Shown in pieces: positions 58,418 through 64,000 of a DNA stretch of 64,000 nt. Location of the stretch: contig JAFQBF010000010.1 of NCBI GenBank assembly GCA_017416735.1, positions 888-64,887 on the forward strand. Direction: 5' to 3'. Under the pieces are notes generated by a model. The model saw only the letters and a program-made list of their open reading frames with translations, searched no databases and was not told where the DNA came from. This stretch comes from Bacteroidaceae bacterium (GTDB lineage Bacteria; Bacteroidota; Bacteroidia; Bacteroidales; Bacteroidaceae). Each line of letters begins with the position of its first letter. Position 1 is the stretch's first letter. Position numbers and translations under genes: made by a program.

Positions 58418-59752
58418 TTATTCCCACATTTTCAGGATATCCTTGTCTCCAAAATACCAATGCACATAACTGGCGAAGACATTCTTGTAACGATAAAGGG
58501 GTAAGCCTATATCCGCTCCTTTCAAATCGGTAATCAAAGCTGCATTGTAATTAGATGGAGTATCATCCTGCAACAGGGAAGAATAACGAAACTCATAACC
58601 TTTAAACTCCTGCTCTCCACAAATCATCTTCCGATAACCGGAACACAACTTAGGTACGGACAGCACAGTGAAATCAACGGGCAAAACGTTACTCATCGGA
58701 TAAGCCGTTCCGTTTTCACGAGATTTTAGCGTACGTCCCAAGAATACCATTCCACCTCCTTCAGCCCAAATCTTCCCTCCATTCTCAACATAATTCTTCA
58801 GCTCCTCCATCATCTTGTACCGACGATGCAACTGACGTGCAAACTGTTCGGGATAACCACCAGGCAAATAGACCAAATCGGCTTCCGGCAATTCGGAACC
58901 ATACAACGGACTGAAATAAGTTATCTCACCCAATGATTTCAGGCGACTTATGTTTTCCCGATAAGTAAAGCAGAAAGCCGGATCGCGTGCAACAGCTATC
59001 TTGATTTTTCGTATCGGCAAGATGGACAGTTCCGGATCGGCCTCGGAGCTATAAGGCAATGTATATTGGCAAGGAAAGTTCCGGTTACATTTACCCAACA
59101 ACCGATTGACATCTACCGTTTCTTCCAACTGACTGGCTATCTCGTCACTCAATTCGTTGTAGGAACGACGGTTTGCAAGTGAAATGACACTTCGCTTGGA
59201 TGGTAGCTTAAAGGTGTCCATCGAAGGAATGTATCCCAAACAATCGACGGAAACATCGGCACAAGCTTCGCGCAAACGCATATAATGAGCTTGGGAAGTA
59301 ATCTGACTGAACACTACACCTGCAATACGGATACCTGAATAAAAGTTCTTAAAGCCATATATAAGAGGAGCCACAGAATAGCCTACCATACGAGCATTAA
59401 CAAGAAGAATGACAGGTACATTCAACAAACCAGCCATTTCAGCACTACTCCCCAACATCCTGCGATAACCATCAAACAAAATACCTGCCCCCTCCGTCAG
59501 ACAAACGTCTGAACGTTCTCCATATTTATTATAGAGATACTGTGCATGGTTATGCGTGGATAACCACGTGTCTAAATTAACCGTATCATTACCAGAAGCA
59601 ATGGACAGCAACTGTGAATCGAAGAAATCAGGACCGCACTTGTATGGCTGTACCCTGTAACCACGTCTTTTCAGAAGACGGGACAGGCCCATAGCGAAAA
59701 GAGTTTTTCCGCTACCGGCCGTGGCTGCGCTTATGAATATCTGTGGTTTCAT
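58418..59752 (-). CDS. Cobyrinate a,c-diamide synthase homolog (CbiA/CobB) with degenerate glutaminase site
   Basis: GSGKT, VQPYKCGPD, IAVARDPAFCFTY.EN, YLPGGYPE; AEGGG in place of AECGG. Confidence 0.8.
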   Translation of the reverse strand: MKPQIFISAATAGSGKTLFAMGLSRLLKRRGYRVQPYKCGPDFFDSQLLSIASGNDTVNLDTWLSTHNHAQYLYNKYGERSDVCLTEGAGILFDGYRRMLGSSAEMAGLLNVPVILLVNARMVGYSVAPLIYGFKNFYSGIRIAGVVFSQITSQAHYMRLREACADVSVDCLGYIPSMDTFKLPSKRSVISLANRRSYNELSDEIASQLEETVDVNRLLGKCNRNFPCQYTLPYSSEADPELSILPIRKIKIAVARDPAFCFTYRENISRLKSLGEITYFSPLYGSELPEADLVYLPGGYPEQFARQLHRRYKMMEELKNYVENGGKIWAEGGGMVFLGRTLKSRENGTAYPMSNVLPVDFTVLSVPKLCSGYRKMICGEQEFKGYEFRYSSLLQDDTPSNYNAALITDLKGADIGLPLYRYKNVFASYVHWYFGDKDILKMWE

Positions 59753-59893
59753 TCCGTATCGTTTCAAAAGTTTGTGCAAATATAAAATTTAAAACTGATT
59801 CTTCCCTATTTAAAGAACGAAAAAGATTTTGTATATTTGCGATTCTTTTTGCAGCCTTTACAGAAGCTGTTTGACGAACAAGACTATAACAAG

Positions 59894-60700
59894 ATGAAAA
59901 TAAGATTTTTAAGTCTGGCCAGTGGAAGTAGCGGAAACTGCTATTACCTGGGGACGGATACATATGGAATACTGATAGATTCGGGAATTGGGGTACGTAC
60001 CATCAAAAAATCACTGAAAGAATATGGTATGGCACTGGAAAAGATACATGCCGTATTTGTAACCCACGACCATGCCGACCACATCAAATCTGCAGGTGTG
60101 CTCGGTGAGAAATATGGTATCCCAATCTATTCAACTCCCGAAATTCATGCCGGGATGAATAAAAACTATTGTATGACGGAAAAATTGACTTCCGCCAGCA
60201 TACGTTATATATATAAGGAAACACCTGTTCAACTGAATGATTTCAAAATAACGGCTTTCGAAGTTCCACACGACGGTACGGACAATGTGGGGTACTGCAT
60301 CGAAGCAGACGGAAAGATTTTCTCGTTTTTAACGGACCTCGGAGAGATTACTCCTACTGCCGCCAAATATATCTGCAAGGCACATCATTTGATTATCGAA
60401 GCCAACTATGATGAGGAAATGCTGAAAATGGGACCTTATCCCCAACATCTGAAGGGGCGAATAGCCAGTCCACGTGGACACATGAGCAATCGGGCAACTG
60501 CCGAATTCTTGGCCGACAATATGAATGAACACCTGAAGAATATCTGGCTTTGCCATCTCAGTAAGGACAACAATCATCCCGATTTGGCATTGAAGACGGT
60601 TGAATTCATTTTGCGCAGCAGAGGTATCCTGATAGGCAAAGATGTGCAAGTAGCTGCCTTAAAGCGACTTACTCCTTCCGAGTTTCATGAATTTGAATAA
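59894..60700 (+). CDS. MBL-fold metallo-hydrolase (YycJ/WalJ-like)
   Basis: SGSSGN, THDHADH, VPHD, TDLG, EANYD, GHMSN, HLSKDNN. Confidence 0.9.
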   Translation: MKIRFLSLASGSSGNCYYLGTDTYGILIDSGIGVRTIKKSLKEYGMALEKIHAVFVTHDHADHIKSAGVLGEKYGIPIYSTPEIHAGMNKNYCMTEKLTSASIRYIYKETPVQLNDFKITAFEVPHDGTDNVGYCIEADGKIFSFLTDLGEITPTAAKYICKAHHLIIEANYDEEMLKMGPYPQHLKGRIASPRGHMSNRATAEFLADNMNEHLKNIWLCHLSKDNNHPDLALKTVEFILRSRGILIGKDVQVAALKRLTPSEFHEFE

Positions 60701-60789
60701 AATTCGATGAAAAGGGCAAAAAAAGCAGAAAAAGATTTGCTGGATTCAAATAAAACAGCTACCTTTGCAACCGCAAATCAGAAATGAAT

Positions 60790-60862
60790 GCATCCTTAGC
60801 TCAGTTGGTAGAGCAACTGACTCTTAATCAGTGGGTCCAGGGTTCGAATCCCTGAGGATGTA
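60790..60862 (+). tRNA. tRNA-Lys(CTT) copy 1
   Basis: GCATCCT/AGGATGT acceptor, CTGA-CTCTTAA-TCAG anticodon arm, GTTCGAATC. Confidence 0.97.
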
Positions 60863-60891
60863 CATCTGAAAAGAATGGCTGATTTGCAAAT

Positions 60892-60964
60892 GCATCCTTA
60901 GCTCAGTTGGTAGAGCAACTGACTCTTAATCAGTGGGTCCAGGGTTCGAATCCCTGAGGATGTA
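60892..60964 (+). tRNA. tRNA-Lys(CTT) copy 2
   Basis: Identical to copy 1. Confidence 0.97.
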
Positions 60965-60995
60965 CATACAATAAGAGAGAATTATATTTTAGAAT

Positions 60996-61068
60996 GCATC
61001 CTTAGCTCAGTTGGTAGAGCAACTGACTCTTAATCAGTGGGTCCAGGGTTCGAATCCCTGAGGATGTA
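60996..61068 (+). tRNA. tRNA-Lys(CTT) copy 3
   Basis: Identical to copy 1. Confidence 0.97.
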
Positions 61069-61070
61069 CG

Positions 61071-61110
61071 AAAAACGAGAGCAACTTGAAAAAGTTGTTC
61101 TCGTTTTTTT
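61071..61110 (+). terminator. Terminator after the tRNA cluster
   Basis: AAAAACGAGAGCAACTT-GAAA-AAGTTGTTCTCGTTTTTTT. Confidence 0.85.
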
Positions 61111-61134
61111 GTTGTCTTCACTTTTTTCTTTCTT

Positions 61135-61169
61135 TGACACACGTATGTAACAAGGAATGTTTATTTTTG
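61135..61169 (+). promoter_or_regulatory. Candidate Pho box plus -7 element for the porin
   Basis: TGACACA-n4-TGTAACA (11-bp period), 9 nt before TATTTTTG. Confidence 0.5.
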
Positions 61170-61196
61170 CATCGTGAACATAAAAGAACATTTATT

Positions 61197-62159
61197 GTGA
61201 AGAAAAGAAATTGGATTTTGGCAGCTGTTTTGGCTTGCACGTGTGTGACCGTATCGGCACAGGAATCAAAAGAAGAACCGAAAGGAAAAGCAATCATTCA
61301 AGTTTTCGGTAATTTTCATACCGGATTCGGAGATAACAACGACGACCGTGGCTTTGAACTGGACCGCAGTTATTTGGGCTATCAATATGATTTGGGCAAA
61401 GGATTACAAATCAAGGGTGTGATGGATATTGGCCAATCGGATGATGTGAATGATTATCATCGCATTGCCTACATCAAGAATGCACAGATTACTTGGAAAA
61501 CCGGCAACTGGACGTTCAATGGCGGTTTGATTTCGACCATCCAGTTCAATATGCAGGAAAAGTTCTGGGGATACCGCTATGTGATGAAGTCCTTCCAGGA
61601 CATCTACAAGTTCGGAAGCAGTGCCGACTTGGGTATCTCGGCAGCCTATAAGTTCAATGACTGGCTTTCGGCGGATGCGATTGTGGTGAATGGCGAAGGC
61701 TACAAGAAGATTCAGAAGAACGACGGCTTGATGTATGGTTTGGGAGCAACCCTCACTCCTATCAAGGCATTGACTTTCCGTGCTTATTATGGCTTGAACG
61801 AAGGATCGGATGCAAAGCAAGAAAACATTCAGAACTTGGCTACTTTTGTAGGATTGAAGTTGAATGGCTTTTCTTTGGGTGCTGAGTACAACCGTATTTG
61901 GAACATGAAGCATGTAGATGGTTCCGACTTGAGCGGTTTCTCCATTTATAGCAATATCAAGATGAACAAGAATGCGGACTTGTATTTGCGCTTCGATGAT
62001 TATAACAGCGGTGACGAATCGGCTTTCATTGCCGGTGTGCAATGGAAATTAGGCAAGTATGTGAAAGTTTCTCCTAACTTCCGCTGGAATCATCGTGCTG
62101 TTGAAGGAGGAAATGGAAATTCCTATATGGGATATATCAGTTGTTACTTCGGCTTCTGA
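61197..62159 (+). CDS. Outer-membrane porin (probably phosphate-related)
   Basis: GTG start, signal peptide, GFELDRSYLGY, AYIKNA, C-terminal F; directly upstream of pstS. Confidence 0.75.
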   Translation: MKKRNWILAAVLACTCVTVSAQESKEEPKGKAIIQVFGNFHTGFGDNNDDRGFELDRSYLGYQYDLGKGLQIKGVMDIGQSDDVNDYHRIAYIKNAQITWKTGNWTFNGGLISTIQFNMQEKFWGYRYVMKSFQDIYKFGSSADLGISAAYKFNDWLSADAIVVNGEGYKKIQKNDGLMYGLGATLTPIKALTFRAYYGLNEGSDAKQENIQNLATFVGLKLNGFSLGAEYNRIWNMKHVDGSDLSGFSIYSNIKMNKNADLYLRFDDYNSGDESAFIAGVQWKLGKYVKVSPNFRWNHRAVEGGNGNSYMGYISCYFGF

Positions 62160-62289
62160 TAAACCTTTGATGAAACGTGCCTACGTTTGAATCAAAACGC
62201 CTTGACGTCTTATATAAAACGCCAAGGCGTTTTTTTAAAGTACTATGAAATATCATTGTAACCGATTCTTCACCGAACCGTTTATTTCT

Positions 62290-62324
62290 TGTGATAATCT
62301 TGTAACATCTCTTCCCTACTTTTG
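62290..62324 (+). promoter_or_regulatory. Candidate Pho box plus -7 element for pstS
   Basis: TGTGATA-n4-TGTAACA, 9 nt before TACTTTTG. Confidence 0.55.
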
Positions 62325-62393
62325 CATTGTCAGATAAAACAAAAATTAGTTATCTGTTGTTATGATTGTATAATAAGTAAAAATGCAAAAGAA

Positions 62394-63464
62394 ATGAAAA
62401 AGCTGAATGTCTTTTTTCTTGTTACCATGCTGGTTTTCGGATTGGTTTCATGTGAGAGTACAAAGAAAAATGCAGAAAACGGTCGTGATGCCGTGGAACT
62501 TTCGGGTGCAGGTGCTACCTTCCCTCTCCCGTTCTACAATGTAATCTTTGAGAATTTTGCTGAAGTGAATGGCGATGTCGTGGCTTATGGTGGCATCGGT
62601 AGTGGTGGAGGTGTACGCAATCTTCGCGATGGAATCGTGGATTTTGCCGGTAGTGATGCCTTCCTTACTGAAAAAGAAATGAACGAGATGCCTCCGGTGA
62701 TTCATGTCCCGACCTGTATGGGTGCCGTGGTGTTGGCCTACAATTTGCCGGGTGTGGACAATTTGAACTTGTCGGGCGATGTGGTGGCAGATATCTTTGC
62801 CGGTAAGATTACCCGTTGGAACAATGCACGCATCAAGGCTTTGAATGAAGGAACTTCCCTTCCCGATGCCGACATCATCCCGGTATTCCGTTCGGACGGT
62901 AGTGGTACCACCTTCGTCTTTACCGACTATTTGAGCAAGGTAAGCGAGAACTGGAAGAACACTTACGGCACAGGCAAGTCGGTGAACTTCCCGAAAGGTC
63001 AGGCTGCTAAGGGCAATCCGGGTGTAGCGGGTGTCATTTCCCAAACCGCTAACTCTATCGGTTATGTAGGCTCGGAATATGCTTTTGCCCAACGCATTCC
63101 GTATGCTACCTTGATGAATGCAAACGGTGAATTGGTAAAGCCTACTCCGGAAAGCATCTCGGCTTCTGCTTCGGGTGAAATTCCTACCGATACCCGTACT
63201 TCCATCACCAACTCTTCGGCCAAGGGAGCTTATCCCATCAGTTGTTTCACTTGGATTCTTATTTATAAGGAACAGGCATATGCCAAGAGAAGTGCGGAAC
63301 AGGCCCAAGCTACCCTCGACTTGCTTCATTATATCTTGAGCAAGGATGCCCAACAAATCACTTCGGAAGTACACTATGCGCCGCTTCCACAGAAGGCCGT
63401 GGAACTTAGCCTTCAGAACCTCAAGCAAGTGACTTTCGATGGAAAACCCTTGAACCATGAATGA
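62394..63464 (+). CDS. pstS: Phosphate ABC transporter substrate-binding lipoprotein
   Basis: Lipobox LVSC, GAGATFP, GSGGG, DFAGSD, RSDGSGTT, YPIS.FTW. Confidence 0.95.
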   Translation: MKKLNVFFLVTMLVFGLVSCESTKKNAENGRDAVELSGAGATFPLPFYNVIFENFAEVNGDVVAYGGIGSGGGVRNLRDGIVDFAGSDAFLTEKEMNEMPPVIHVPTCMGAVVLAYNLPGVDNLNLSGDVVADIFAGKITRWNNARIKALNEGTSLPDADIIPVFRSDGSGTTFVFTDYLSKVSENWKNTYGTGKSVNFPKGQAAKGNPGVAGVISQTANSIGYVGSEYAFAQRIPYATLMNANGELVKPTPESISASASGEIPTDTRTSITNSSAKGAYPISCFTWILIYKEQAYAKRSAEQAQATLDLLHYILSKDAQQITSEVHYAPLPQKAVELSLQNLKQVTFDGKPLNHE

Positions 63465-64000
63465 TAAAGTTTTCAAGATAACCTTATTCGGGGCTGCGTG
63501 TGTAATGCCTTTGGTATGTGGGGGAGTCATCCTCTCCCTCACTACCGATGCTTCGGAAGCCTTGAGCCACTTCGGATTCTTCGATTTCCTCCTTTCGGAC
63601 GAATGGGACTATACACCGGGGAACGAACAATACGGTGCCTTGCCTTTTATCACAGGTACCTTGCTCACCACACTCCTCGCCTTGTTGTTCTGCATTCCTT
63701 TCTCCTTACCGGTATCACTTTTTGTGGGTGAATACTTCAAAGGAACACGGATGGCGGAGGTTCTGAGTACGGTGACGGACTTGTTGGCTGGTATTCCTTC
63801 CATCATCTACGGTTTGTGGGGATTCTATATGCTCCGTCCGTTGATTATGCAATTAGGCATTTCTCCTCAAGGTTCGGGCATCCTGACCGCAGCTTTGGTC
63901 TTGGCCATCATGATTGTTCCGTATGCGGCTTCGTTGAGTGCCGAGTTCATCAAGATGGTACCTGCCGACTTGAAGGAAGGTGCTTATAGTTTGGGAGCAA
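63457..64000 (+). CDS. pstC: Phosphate ABC transporter permease (partial)
   Basis: MNDKVFK...YGALPFITGTL...DLLAGIPSIIYGLWG...LAIMIVPY; runs off the window edge. Confidence 0.93.
   Translation, partial: MNDKVFKITLFGAACVMPLVCGGVILSLTTDASEALSHFGFFDFLLSDEWDYTPGNEQYGALPFITGTLLTTLLALLFCIPFSLPVSLFVGEYFKGTRMAEVLSTVTDLLAGIPSIIYGLWGFYMLRPLIMQLGISPQGSGILTAALVLAIMIVPYAASLSAEFIKMVPADLKEGAYSLGA

Noticed and set aside
60790-61068. Three identical 73-bp repeats with 29- and 31-bp spacers resembling a CRISPR array
   Set aside because: The repeats are complete tRNA-Lys(CTT) genes; no cas genes are present.
62172-62237. AAAACGCCTTGACGT/AAAACGCCAAGGCGTTTT repeats after the porin
   Set aside because: Most simply a terminator or REP-like hairpin; single site in the window.

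Overview
Chromosomal window from a Bacteroidales bacterium (Bacteroides/Phocaeicola-like), judged from the TAnnTTTG/TTTG promoters, upxY/upxZ and spt. Housekeeping genes flank a ~34 kb surface-polysaccharide region (8276-42115). Left flank: nhaC, tamB-like, DUF4251, aspS. Right flank: aspA, tRNA-Pro, spt, lipid kinase, tRNA methylase, lon, tgt, lptF/G, serB, DEAD helicase, cbiA-like, 3x tRNA-Lys, porin-pstS-pstC. The AT-rich polysaccharide operon encodes a variant pseudaminic-acid pathway (pseB/C/H/I, no visible pseG, plus AKR, class III aminotransferase, SpsF-type CTase and two extra acyltransferases), Wzx, Wzy, glycosyltransferases, a LicD/CDP-alditol module and rfbC/rfbB, and it ends in upxZ. 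The operon is separated from upxY-wecA by a ~7 kb phage-like module with no integrase or virion genes. That module holds a candidate replication initiator with internal 12-bp iteron-like repeats and an AT-rich tract, a T7/Twinkle-type primase-helicase, a broken HTH gene, DUF4248, HU, a smalltalk peptide, an amidase and two MNT-HEPN cassettes. Gene junctions are marked by 7-bp periodic arrays and REP-like palindromes. This putative local replication/lysis module inside a capsule locus is the most interesting candidate system. All calls come from motif recognition by eye; no database searches were run.
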